Made by a program: the position numbers and the translations under genes
Notes under the pieces: model-generated
What the model was told of the DNA's origin: nothing
Databases searched by the model: none
The model's input: the letters and a program-made list of their open reading frames with translations, nothing else
Part shown: positions 44,050 through 55,900 of the stretch, piece after piece
Layout of the letters: each line of letters begins with the position of its first letter
How positions within the stretch are numbered: the first letter of the stretch is position 1
Origin: Candidatus Buchananbacteria bacterium CG10_big_fil_rev_8_21_14_0_10_33_19
Lineage (GTDB): Bacteria; Patescibacteriota; Patescibacteriia; 2-01-FULL-39-33
Direction: 5' to 3'
Assembly (NCBI GenBank): GCA_002773855.1
Contig: PEZY01000012.1
Location: 4,255 to 68,254, forward strand
Length of the DNA: 64,000 bases

Positions 44050-46974
44050 ATGTTTAGGACACGACTTTCAACCATGCAAAAGTCGAAAATCGCTAAAAAG
44101 ATGATCTTAGCGTCTTTTTTGGTGGTTTTTTTGGTTTTAATTTTGCCAAATGTCGGTTTGGCTCAAACTACCGCTGATAATCGTTTTGGCTTAGCTGATG
44201 CAGCGAGTATTGGCTTGGGACAAACTGATTTAAGAGTGGCCATCGTTAGAATTATTCAAATAATTTTAAGTTTCGTGGGTATTATTGCGGTGATTATGGT
44301 TTTATATGGTGGTTTTATTTGGATGACTTCCGGTGGGGATCCAGCCAAAATTGAAAAGGCCAAAAAAATCTTAATTAACACTATTATTGGTATAATTGTT
44401 ATTTTATCGTCTTATATTATTACCGCGTTTATTATCGGCGCTTTGACTGGTGCTGGCGGTGGCGGTGGTGGTTGGGGTCCTGGTGGCGGTGGCCCAGATG
44501 ATTTCGGGCGTTGGGGTATTGGCGTGGGGCCAATTGAAAGTGTTTATCCAGAACCAGGTCAAATTGATGTGCCAATTAATACGGCTTTAGCTGTCACCTT
44601 TAAAGAGGTGATTAATCCACAAACTATTTGCGGTGCTTCTGCTTGTGACGGTTTAACTACCAAGATTTCTAATGTCGAAATTTGTCAGGTAGATAACAGT
44701 GGTATTTGTCAGCCAGAAGGTGAAGAATTTTCTGCTCAGGCTTTTGTTGATAGCGTGGTCAAGAGTAATGACAATAGAACTTTTACTATTGTTCCTAATA
44801 AATATTTAGGTTTGGAAGATTTTATCAATAGAAGATTTAAGGTGACTTTAAAGTCTGGTATTGAGACAGTGGCCGAACCGGGAAAATCAGTTTTTGATAG
44901 CTTATTTAATAGTGAGTATGCTTGGCATTTTACTACTAATGGGGCTCTAGATTTGGATCCACCAGAAGTGATTGATATTACTGGTATTTATCCATATCCA
45001 GACAACGAAATAGATACTTACGGTGTAGCAACTGGTCCAACCGCTACGGAGTTTTCGGTAACTTTAATCCCAGCTAATATTAAAAAAGAAGTTTTGGCAT
45101 CATATGATAGTGACGCTATTGAAGGAGCAGGCACTACGATTAAGGGAACTTTAACTGGTAATTATGGTGGAGCCGGTAGTGGTGTGGTGACTGTTAATGT
45201 TAATTCGGCTACTGGCGAAATAAAGACTACTTGGCCAGCTGGGATGGGCACGTTTTCTAGTGGTCAATTCGATCCAACAGGCGCAGTATTAAATATTGGT
45301 CCTTATGGTTTAGTTTTTAATGTTGATGGTGTAGTGTCTCGAGGTAATTCTTGGACTTTTAATGTGACGGCTCATCAAACTGGTGATCAATTAGAACTTA
45401 AAGACAATAGTAATGTCATTAAAACTTATACTTTTGGCACCGATATCCCTAATCCGGTAGATTTTGATGATAAATTAATTAGCGATACTAGTTTATTTGA
45501 AACTTGTGGTATTAATTGTATTAAAACCAAACAAACAGGAGATGGTAGCGCTAGGTATAATTTAAATTATACGGGAGCGAGTGGTAATTTTGTGATCACT
45601 AAAACTAGTGGTCAAGACGAGCAGCCCAATAGACAACAAAATGGCTTATTAGATGCTTATCGTAATACTGTTATTCAAATTAATTTTAACGAAGCAATTA
45701 ACCCAGCCACTATTGCTGACAATATTTATGTTGGTAAGGTAGGTGGTGGTGAAGTAACTGGTTATACTATGCAAATATCTAATCAGTATAAAACCGTAGA
45801 ATTAACAGGCCCCGATCAATGTGGTACAAATAGCTGTGGTGACGAAATATTTTGTTGGCCGGTTAACAATGATTCTGAACCATATGAAGTAAAAATATCG
45901 GCAGCCACATTAATGAATGCTAGTGATGCTAAATGTTCGGCCTGGGGTGGTGTTGGCGACGGCAATGGTCGTTGTGTCAAAGAAATAAATAACAAACAAG
46001 TCTTTTATCCATTATCACCATCAGTAGATGGTTTAGTAGATATGAGTTTTAATTCTTTTAATGGTAGTTTTGATACTTATCAATCTAGTAATAAGACCTT
46101 AGGTATTGCCCAGGGCAAATCTGGTGCTGGTAGTGGCTATTCGGGACGAGATAAATATAATTTAAATTTGGGCATAGAGTGTACACCGGGGGCTTGTGGT
46201 ACGGCTGGATCTAGAGTGGTTAGTTATGGCGTATCAACTCCAGTGTATAATGCCAGTGGTTTTGGTGATGATTTTTATTGGTCATTTTTTATGTCTAGTG
46301 AAATAGATACCAAGGCTCCATTAATTAAAACCGATTCACCAACTGGTGATGAGGACGTTAGTAGTCCAGAGACTAAAATTAATTTTCATTTTGATAGATT
46401 AATGCGAAGCTCTACCTTAAAACCAGGCTGGAATTATGGTTCTAATTCAAAAGAAAAATCAGTTAGGTATTTAGTTTTACAAACTATTTCTGAATCAGCT
46501 TTACCAGTTGGCTATTGGACGGTTAAAACTGATTTAGATGAGAATTTTGATGGCTGGGCAGATTATACTAGAGCTGTTTTAAATCATAATAATTTTGATT
46601 TGGCTACCAAATATGGTCCACTCTCTGGTTCTGGTATTCAGTCCATTACTCAAAATTGCTTCTTACCTAGTGCTGGTCCTAAAGAAGCGGCTCAGGCTGG
46701 TCAGGAATGTGTTTATAATGGTGATGCTTTATCTGGTGGCTGTGCTTCAGTGGTGCCGACCAATCCAGCTTCTTATGGTTATTTAAATTGTTCAGAAATT
46801 GTCAATGCTACAACTTGTGCGGCAACGACTCAGGATTGTAAGGTCTTATACTATAATGTAAGTGATGCTACTACTGATTTGGGCGGTAGTTGGATTATTA
46901 CTAAAGATTTTAGTTCGGTAGCTGGTGATGGTAGTACTGGTTGTTGTTTTGGTACTTGCGTAGGTAAGCCTTAA
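44050..46974 (+). CDS. large secreted protein (974 aa) with N-terminal VirB2/TrbC-pilin-like double-TM domain, Gly-rich linker and beta-rich extracellular region
   Basis: Signal/TM (ILASFLVVFLVLILPNVGLAQ), then RVAIVRIIQIILSFVGIIAVIMVLYGGFIWMTSGGDPAKIEKAKKILINTIIGIIVILSSYIITAFIIGALTGAGGGGGG. That is two hydrophobic helices around a short WM..GG loop ending LTG-Gly-run, as in conjugative T-pilins. The N-terminal ~130 aa are paralogous to the next gene. Confidence 0.65.
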   Translation: MFRTRLSTMQKSKIAKKMILASFLVVFLVLILPNVGLAQTTADNRFGLADAASIGLGQTDLRVAIVRIIQIILSFVGIIAVIMVLYGGFIWMTSGGDPAKIEKAKKILINTIIGIIVILSSYIITAFIIGALTGAGGGGGGWGPGGGGPDDFGRWGIGVGPIESVYPEPGQIDVPINTALAVTFKEVINPQTICGASACDGLTTKISNVEICQVDNSGICQPEGEEFSAQAFVDSVVKSNDNRTFTIVPNKYLGLEDFINRRFKVTLKSGIETVAEPGKSVFDSLFNSEYAWHFTTNGALDLDPPEVIDITGIYPYPDNEIDTYGVATGPTATEFSVTLIPANIKKEVLASYDSDAIEGAGTTIKGTLTGNYGGAGSGVVTVNVNSATGEIKTTWPAGMGTFSSGQFDPTGAVLNIGPYGLVFNVDGVVSRGNSWTFNVTAHQTGDQLELKDNSNVIKTYTFGTDIPNPVDFDDKLISDTSLFETCGINCIKTKQTGDGSARYNLNYTGASGNFVITKTSGQDEQPNRQQNGLLDAYRNTVIQINFNEAINPATIADNIYVGKVGGGEVTGYTMQISNQYKTVELTGPDQCGTNSCGDEIFCWPVNNDSEPYEVKISAATLMNASDAKCSAWGGVGDGNGRCVKEINNKQVFYPLSPSVDGLVDMSFNSFNGSFDTYQSSNKTLGIAQGKSGAGSGYSGRDKYNLNLGIECTPGACGTAGSRVVSYGVSTPVYNASGFGDDFYWSFFMSSEIDTKAPLIKTDSPTGDEDVSSPETKINFHFDRLMRSSTLKPGWNYGSNSKEKSVRYLVLQTISESALPVGYWTVKTDLDENFDGWADYTRAVLNHNNFDLATKYGPLSGSGIQSITQNCFLPSAGPKEAAQAGQECVYNGDALSGGCASVVPTNPASYGYLNCSEIVNATTCAATTQDCKVLYYNVSDATTDLGGSWIITKDFSSVAGDGSTGCCFGTCVGKP

Positions 46975-46998
46975 AATATTTTTCGATTCTAATATTCT

Positions 46999-49900
46999 AT
47001 GATATTTAAAAAGACAATTCAAAAAAATATTTTAGCTTTGCTTTTGATGCTAATGATTTTTGGAGTTTTTGGTTTTTTTGGAGTGGCTTTGGCTCAGGAT
47101 AGATTCGGACTAGAAACAGCTACTGGCGTGGGCTTAGCTCAAACTGATTTACGAGTAGCGATAGTTAATATTGTTAGAATTATTTTAGGCTTTTTAGGAA
47201 TTGTAGCCGTGGGTATTATTATGTGGGGTGGCTATCTTTGGATGACTGCCGGTGGTGATGCAACCAAAGTAGATAAGGCTAAAAAAACTTTAATTTCAGC
47301 GGTAATTGGGTTAGTGATTATTTTGTCAGCTTTTATTATTGCTTCTTTTATTATTAATTCATTGCAAGGTGCTTTGTGTGAGGGTGATAATTGTCCAACA
47401 GCAACTTGTCCATCACCACCATGTTCGCCTACTTGTACTACACCACCATGTACTCCTGGTTCATCAACTCAATATACTTATATTAATAAATTTAGAGATA
47501 TTTCTATTCCATGGACCAGACTAATTGGCTCAGGTTTTAATGGTGTGGTTAATATACCAAATAGTGAAACCTTAGAAGTTGGTGGCTATGCTAAAAATTT
47601 GAGTGGTACAATTTCGAGCATGGAATTATTTACAGCACCACTTGCTGATATTTTTGTCGCTCAAAGTGTCTTTATTGATGTGCCAGCCGATCAGGAGATA
47701 GTCGATAATGTTTTTGCTTCTTGGAATACGTTAGCTTATACTATTGGCGATCAATTTAAATCTAGGATTTCGGCTTTATTGTCTGGGGGCTCGACTGTTG
47801 AATCTAAAGAAGTAAAAACTATTATCAAACCATTACACTGCTTTAATAATGTTCAAGACCAAGGTGAAACTGGAGTTGATTGCGGCGGTGATCCAGATGT
47901 CTTAGGTGATGATTATTGTGGTGCTTGTGGCGGTGGCACTTGTCAAAACGACAGTGATTGTTCTTCTGGGGTCTGTTTGCCAGAAGGCGTTTGTGCTATT
48001 GCTCCATTTATTTCTAGTGTTAGTCCAGACAATGGTGCTAGTGGTAATTATATTACTATTTGGGGTAGTAACTTTGGTGAAACGCCAGGTTCAGTGATGA
48101 TTGTCAAAGACGATGCCGTGATAGCTTTTGCTAATATTAATTTAAATTCCCAGTGCTTGAATGGTTGGAATGACACTCAAATTATTTTTGAGGTGCCAGA
48201 TATTTTGTTAGATAATTATGAGGTAGTGGTAGAAAATAGTATTGGCTTAACTAGTAATTCTGAAACTTTTGAGATTAATGAAACTCAACGACCTGGTATA
48301 TGTTCGGTTAATCCAAATTTTGGTATTAATCCAGATCCAATAACTATTATTGGTAATAATTTCCCATCTAGCCCAGATGGTGAGATTCAGTGGAATTTTA
48401 CTCCTGAAGTTTTTTCTAGTTCAGAAGTTAGTTGGTTAAGTGATACCGAGGCTAGTGATGTGGTACCAGCCAGTGGGGTGGGTGCAACTAGTATCAGAAT
48501 TTATTCTGGCACAGAATATAGTAATTATTTTAATTTTGTTATCAGTCACGGTGAAATAGGTGACCCTTGTGGTGAGCCGGGGGCGGCTGTGTGTTCAGCC
48601 GAGAATGCTTGTAGCACTGGCTTGTCCTGTGATCCTAATCAGGATTGTACTTGCCAGGCTATCATTAATGCTTGTGAGCCTGGTTTTTCTAGACCATGTG
48701 ATATCGATGGTAATACTTGTGCAGCTACTGAAGTGTGTCCAACTAGTGGTAACTGGGATGATGCAACGTGTACGCAAGTTGATTCGACTTGTACTCCAGG
48801 GGTGACAGTGGCACCGGCCACTCAATCGATTTTTGCTTGGGCTTTTACTTATAGTAATGGTTATGGCTTTGAGCCGCCACAGATTGTGGAGGATTGTAGC
48901 CGTGTTCGTGACTGTTTTCCTAATCAAAAATTACCTAGTCCAGCTCCTTGGTATGAGGGTAGCAATGCTAGTGAAGGTTGGGATCCAGTAATTCATCCTG
49001 GTTTATATATTGAAGATCCTAAGGCTTGTGTGAATGCGACTATTACTGCTCGGTTTACCGAAGTTATGGATGATCAATCTGTTAAAGATAATATAACAGT
49101 TTTGAAGTGTACAGAAAAAGAAGGCACTTCTTGTACTAAGGTTAATGGTGAAGTGGCAGTTTATCCAACTGATGCTGGAGATTATTTTGTCTTTGGTAGT
49201 CCAACTATAGTTAATCAAGCGGCTTTTGAGTCTAAATTTTGGTATAAGGTGGTTGTAACCAAAGGAGTTAAAAGTTTGGTTAATGTGGAAATGGAAACTA
49301 ATGAACAGGTAGTTAATAATCGGTTTTGTAATGTCGCTGGTATTGGTGATGCGGTTTATTGTTGGAATTTTAAAACCAGAGATGATGCTACCTATTGTGA
49401 TGCTGGTTGTCCAGAATGTAATCCAGATTTTAAAACTTTAAATTATTATTTCCAAACTCAGCAGTTTAACACAGAACTAGTAAGTGATGATAATGTATGT
49501 TTGACCATTGATCCTTGGGCGTATACTTGGGATTGGTCATCAGAGGATGATACTAAAGTCCAAATTACTAATGATGGTGGCAATCCTCAGCAAACTGGTA
49601 CGGCTTATGGTGAGAATTATAATATCGCGCCTTATTATACCAAGGTTTTTGCGGAACTAACGCAAAATGGTAACAACGATTATTGTCGAGTGATTACTGA
49701 TTTTACTAATCCCGTAGTCATAGAAAATTCATATTGTTCACCGGGGATTATTCAAAGTCCAACGCCATGGATTAATTCTAAAGACGCTTGCCGTAATGCT
49801 TTAATAGCGGCTAAGTTTAGCCGGGATATGAATGATCCAAGTTTAACTTTAAATACAGTTACTGGCCTTAAAGAGGGTAATAATGGTAATAATGGTAATA

Positions 49901-52900
49901 TTATTGTCGAACAATGTGATAGTAGTGATGAATTTGAAGGTGCTTTTACAAGTTGTAAAAGTATTAAAATTACTGATTCTTCAAATTTAACTATTTTTAC
50001 TTATAGTCATAATGTTGATGTTCAGGGCTTGTTGACTGGCGATAATAGTTTTGGTGATGGTTTGGCTGAAGGTTTTGTCATTGATGTTACTAGTAAAGAT
50101 CTAGAAGGTAAAAAAGCCGCTAATGGTTATTTGGCTGATAATACATGGTATCGAGTGATTATTTTGGGTGGTCCAAATGGTGTGGGTGGGGCTGATAATA
50201 CCGGAGATGGGATTCCAGACGGAATTCTGTTAACTGATAATAGTATTATTTCAACAGTTAAAGCTGGCTGGGATTATAATGGTGATGGTTTTGATGATTA
50301 TTATTGGGTATTTAAGACTAGCAACCAAATTTGTGATGTAAATAGTATTCAAGTTACTCCAGCCGAGAATTTCTTAGAATTTACCGATCAAACTAGCAAA
50401 TATAATGCTTTTCCACAAGCCGCTAATTGTAATTTATTGGCGCGTTGTTTGTTGAATTGGACTTGGAAGTCATTAATAGAATTAGGAGATAACACTGAAA
50501 GTGGTGATCCAATTGCCTCAATCACCAAATTAGCTAATCAAGCTGGTGTTTGTGGTGGTTTTGATGATGGTATTGTGGATCCAGTTCAGACGGCAACTGC
50601 TAAGTTAGATGGTGAAACTAATATTGTGGCTAATGAACCAGGTGGTAAATCTGGCTCTGGTCATTTACAAGTTGGTTATGGTCAGTTAGCAGTGATCAAA
50701 TACAATCCTAGTAATCTAGTTCATTTTGAAGAAAGAAATATTGATACTTACTTTAATATTGACGCCAAAACAAATTCAGTTCGTTTGAATAATGTAGTCA
50801 ATCATAATGTTAATTTGTATAAGTGTACCAATGCCTTAGCTTACTACAAATTAAATGGTAATACTAATGACAGTTCTGGTAATAAATATAATGGTGATAA
50901 TAAATCAACATCATTTGTGTCTGGTTATCTAAATGAAGCGGCTAGGTTTAATGGAGCGGCTGGCCGTTATATTCAGCTTAATAATCCAGCTTTAAAAATT
51001 GCCGGAGCCATGACAGTTTCAGCTTGGGTGAAGCCAATGGCTCCCGCTCAGGGTGTCGGACAGGTTATAATTTCTAGTTATTATGGTGGAGATCATCCAG
51101 AGAATCAAAGGGGCTGGACACTTGGTCAAATATCTGGTTGTAATCTTGCTAATCCTAACTGTGATTCAGTTACTGATCGCATTTACTTTTCAGTTAATGA
51201 TAGTAATGGTAATAATACATTAGCCCCAGTTCCTAATTTCTTTGCCACCTATCAAGATCAATGGGTGCATGTTACCGGTGTGTTTAAGCCAGGCGTATCA
51301 GTGGCTATTTATATTAATGGTAAATTAGTTAGTTCAAAAAGTACTACTATTTCTACTATCGGTTATCAGCCAGATATTTTTACTAGAATTGGTTATATGG
51401 CTGATCGTGATAATCAGGGTATGTGGATTGGTTTAATTGATGAAGTGAAAATTTATAATAGTGCTTTGTCTGATGTTGATGTTAGTAGAATGTATTCTGC
51501 TAATAATGAATGTCCAGTTTATGACTTAGTTGCTAAAACTTTAGAGCCGGTCTTGCCAGCTCCCGGTAATAATCCAGAGTTATCTAAAAAATTAGCTGTT
51601 AAATACAATGCTAATTATCAAGTGGGAGCTGAATACCGCATGATATTAAAGGGTGGACCAAACGGTCTGATTGCTTGGAATGATACAGAATTATCTAGAT
51701 TAAATTTTAATAGTACTGGTGAAGGTGGTGGCGAAGAATGTGAGCCAGGTATTTATCCTTGGAATGATGCAACTAATATTTGCACTAATAGTTGTTTGCT
51801 TAATTCGTCGTTTAATTTATGTACTTTAGATAATGGTCGGTTTGCCGAATGTAAAGAGGGCTCTGACTATTGTAGTGGTACTTGTCATAATGAAGGTAAT
51901 AACAATGCCGATTCTTGCGGTGATAACGTAGTGGGACCAAATGAAGAATGTGATGATGGCAACGCTAACAATGGTGATGGTTGTACTTCTAGTTGTTTAT
52001 GGGAAGGGGCTGATGATAGCTGGGGTTCTATTTGTGGTAACGCGGTTATTGAATATGGTGAGAGCTGTGATGATGGCAATGCGGGTAATTGTGAGGCTAA
52101 TTGTTTAAAGAAATCTAATATATCAACTGGTTCTCAATCTAATGTCCCAGTTTGTGGTAATGGTATTAAAGAACAGGGTGAAGATTGTGATGATAGTAAT
52201 AAGACTAGCGGCGATGGTTGTTCTAATAAATGTTTATTAGAAGGCTTTAGCTCGGCCTATGGTTCTACTTGTAATAATGATTTAGTAGAGACAGGTCAGG
52301 CTGATAGTTTTTCTTGGACTTTTACTGCGGTTAATGATCCGTCGGTTAATATTAATATGAATAATTGTAGTAATGGTATTTGGCAGGTAGAAGTAAAACG
52401 GGGAAACATTACTGCTGATGATATATATATATGTAAACGAAATCCAGCTGTCGCTTTTTCGGAAAATAATGTTTGGGGTAAAATTATTGCCAAAATAAAA
52501 TTAGTTATTGCTAAAGTTTTTGGTAGTAGTCAGGCTTTAGCTGGCAGTGGTGATGGCTGTGGAGCTGGCTATGAATTAGTGACTCAGAATACTACTAATT
52601 TTGAAGAGCGTTTAGAGTATATGAATCAAGATAGTCATATTTATGCTTATATTAAAAATGGTTATTGGGATATTGATGCAAAATACAAAATAAATGTTTA
52701 TGAAGGAGCTTATGATCCAATTACTAATAATACCTCAAAGGCTTCTAGTGAGGTAACTATTAAGGAATATTGTGTTTTAGATGATGTTAGAGTAGAAATT
52801 TGGCCTCGTGGTGAAGTAAGTTCTAATGATAATTTCTTTTGTATTGGTGATGATTGTGGTTCTAGTACGACTAATTTGTATGATGATGATATTTCTTCGG

Positions 52901-55900
52901 CCACTAATAATGACGCGCCAGATCCTAATTATGATTTTCCATATTTGAAGGTTAATGGTGCTAATAAAACCGATCCTAATTTAGGCGGTAATCAGCATTT
53001 ATATATGGCTTGGGGGGTTAATGAGTTTGGTTATCTAATTAAAGCCGAAGGTGGTTTTAATTGGAGCTTGGCTAATTTACCAATATTTGATTTAGCGGTG
53101 ACATCTTATGATGGTACTAGTTATACTGGTGATCAATGGTTAAGTTTAAAGGGCTATAAAGCCACTGGAGAAATTGATGGTCGTGATGTGGTAACAGTAT
53201 CAGCGACTCAGTCTGGAGTAAATCCAACTCCCGTTATTGAATCAAAAGACATAGATGTTAGAGTTTTCTTATGTAATAATCCTTGGCCAGCACCAGAAAA
53301 TTTCCCATATCAAGATTCTTTAAATAATTGTACTAATGGCAATTGTCCAAATACTAATTTTGAGATTTATTATTGTCGTGATAATGGTGTAGTCGGTGAA
53401 GCGGAAGATTTGGCTGCTCTAGATACTAGCACTATTGTTTACGATGCTAATCCATTTAAAAAAGAATTTTTATTGCAACGTGATGATAATAATGATGCTG
53501 TGGGTATTAGAGTAGTAGCTAATAATAATCATTACTCACCACTAGCTTGGTATCAAGAAAACTTTGATCAGGAAAGACAGGGCAATTCTAGGAGCATTAA
53601 AGTTAATGGTTATGAGGCCATAGCCGAAGGCCGAACGATTTATGTTAATGCGGTTAATGTTGAAAATACAATTTCTTCACCAAAATCGCTGTATTCACAA
53701 ATTTATGTGATGTCTTATAATGATGGTGCTGATAATAATACTAAAAATATTTATGATCAGATGGCCAAATTTATGAAGTTTAATGTGGGCACTTCACTCG
53801 AAGGCGGTTTATCAGACGTTGGGGTATGTAAAGATAATTCTAGTTACAATTGTATTAATGATAGCGATTGTCAGGCAGTTAATGCTGGAGTTTGTTTATC
53901 GCCAAAAGGCAGTGCAACTCGTGATATTAAACGTTTATCTGATTTACAAGATATTAATTTATTGTTGGATGAATATCATAGTCAAAAACGTTGTAGTAAT
54001 GACAAGTTTACTACTTGTTATAGTAACGCTCAATGTTATGGTGGTGGTACTTGTGGTAATTACTATCCAGACTTGCCGGCTGGTACTTATATTTCGGCTC
54101 GTAGTTTTAGTGTTTGGCCTTCTTGGCAAGCTACCTTGGGCAATGTTTTAGGCTCGGCTTTACCAGTTGACCCATTAAATAATGGTGCTAGTACTGATTA
54201 TTTTGCTGTGGATGGTTATGGTTTTAACGGTTGTTCTGAGCCATATGATTCAATTACTTGTTGGGATGATGTTAATAAGAAAATGCAGTGCCCAAATACA
54301 GCCCAGGCTTACGCTTATTTCTCTAACAATAATGGTAATAATAAGGGTGTTTATGCTTTTGCTGAATTTCCTAAATCTGGTTCTGGATCGGCTATCTGGT
54401 TGCCTATAAATTGGGACAATGTCAGATTTTTTGGTAATCAGGATGGGAATAATACTAATGATAATAACCCATTTAGTTTTACTGTTAGTAATACTTGTGA
54501 AGTTTATTCTAGTTCTTGTGGTAATGGCACAATTCAAGCTGGCGAAAATTGTCATAGTTGTCCGTTTGATGTGAGTTGCGGGGCTGGTACTTCTTGTCGA
54601 GAAGCTAGTGGTAGTTGGTCCTGTACTCCAGACTCGACGGTTATTGATTCAGACGGCGACAGTATTATAAATAATAATGATAATTGTCCGTTTATTGCTA
54701 ATACTAATCAAGTGGATTCTGATGGTGATGGCATTGGTGATGTCTGTGATAATTGTTTTAGTATTAAAAATGGTTCAACTAATTCGACTGCCACTTGTCT
54801 GGATAAAAATAATAACGGTAATTTAAGTGTGGCTGAAAAAGCGGTTTGTAATCAAGCAGACAAAGACGGTGATACTTATGGTGATGCTTGTGATACTTGT
54901 CCTGCTGATTACAATCAAGATCAAAGTGTGAAACCTTGCGTGTTGGCTGGTTGTGGTGACGATGTAATACAGGCTGGTGAGTTTTGTGACGAATTAGAAA
55001 ATCCACCGACTGATGCTGGTACTTGTAATGCCACTTGTAGTGCGGCTACTTTTTGTGGTGATGGTGTAATCCAGAGTTTAAATGGTTATGGTGATTTAGA
55101 AACCTGTGATGATGGTAATAGTTTTAACGGTGATGGTTGCTCTAAAACCTGTACTATCGAAGCTGGTTGGGAGTGCTCTGGTACACCAAGTAGTTGTAAT
55201 GTGCCATTTTGTGGTGACGGCATAAAACAGGCTTCTGAGACTTGTGATTGTGGCGATGCTCCAGGTCCACTAGGTGCTCCGTCTAATTGTGGTAATTCTG
55301 GTCAAACTTACACTACTCATAATATTCCTCCAAAAGCTAATCTGGACACTTACTTTAATCCTTTCTGGAATATTACTTCAGTATCAAAGAATTATTGTAG
55401 TAGTTCTTGTAAGAATATGTCTATAGATTTGTTATATTGCGGTGATAGTGAATGGAAACAGTCTCAAGAAGAATGTGAAAAAAATGGTGCTGGTGATGGT
55501 AGTTTTGGTTGGGGATTAGCCACTGGGGCTGATAATCAGTGGTCTTGTAGCACTACTTGTACAGATACTGGTGGTTGGTGTGGTGATGGCACGGTTCAAA
55601 CTGCCAAGGAACAATGTGATCCTAGTGATAGTGGAATTAACAATATTTACAATAGTCTTTGCCAAACTGATGGCGTCAATAAATGTAAATGGGAAGCTTG
55701 TCCACCGTATATTACTAATCAAGCAGTTAATTTTGAATCACCAACTGGTGGAGCGTTAGTGGCTGGTAACAGTGTTAAGTTCACTGACAATGGTCAAACC
55801 GTTAACATAGTTTTTCCTAATTGTAGTTTGGTAGAAAATAATCAATTAAATACTACTGTCACAGTTGTAGGTGAAGTGCCAACAACTGATGTGGTGTTTG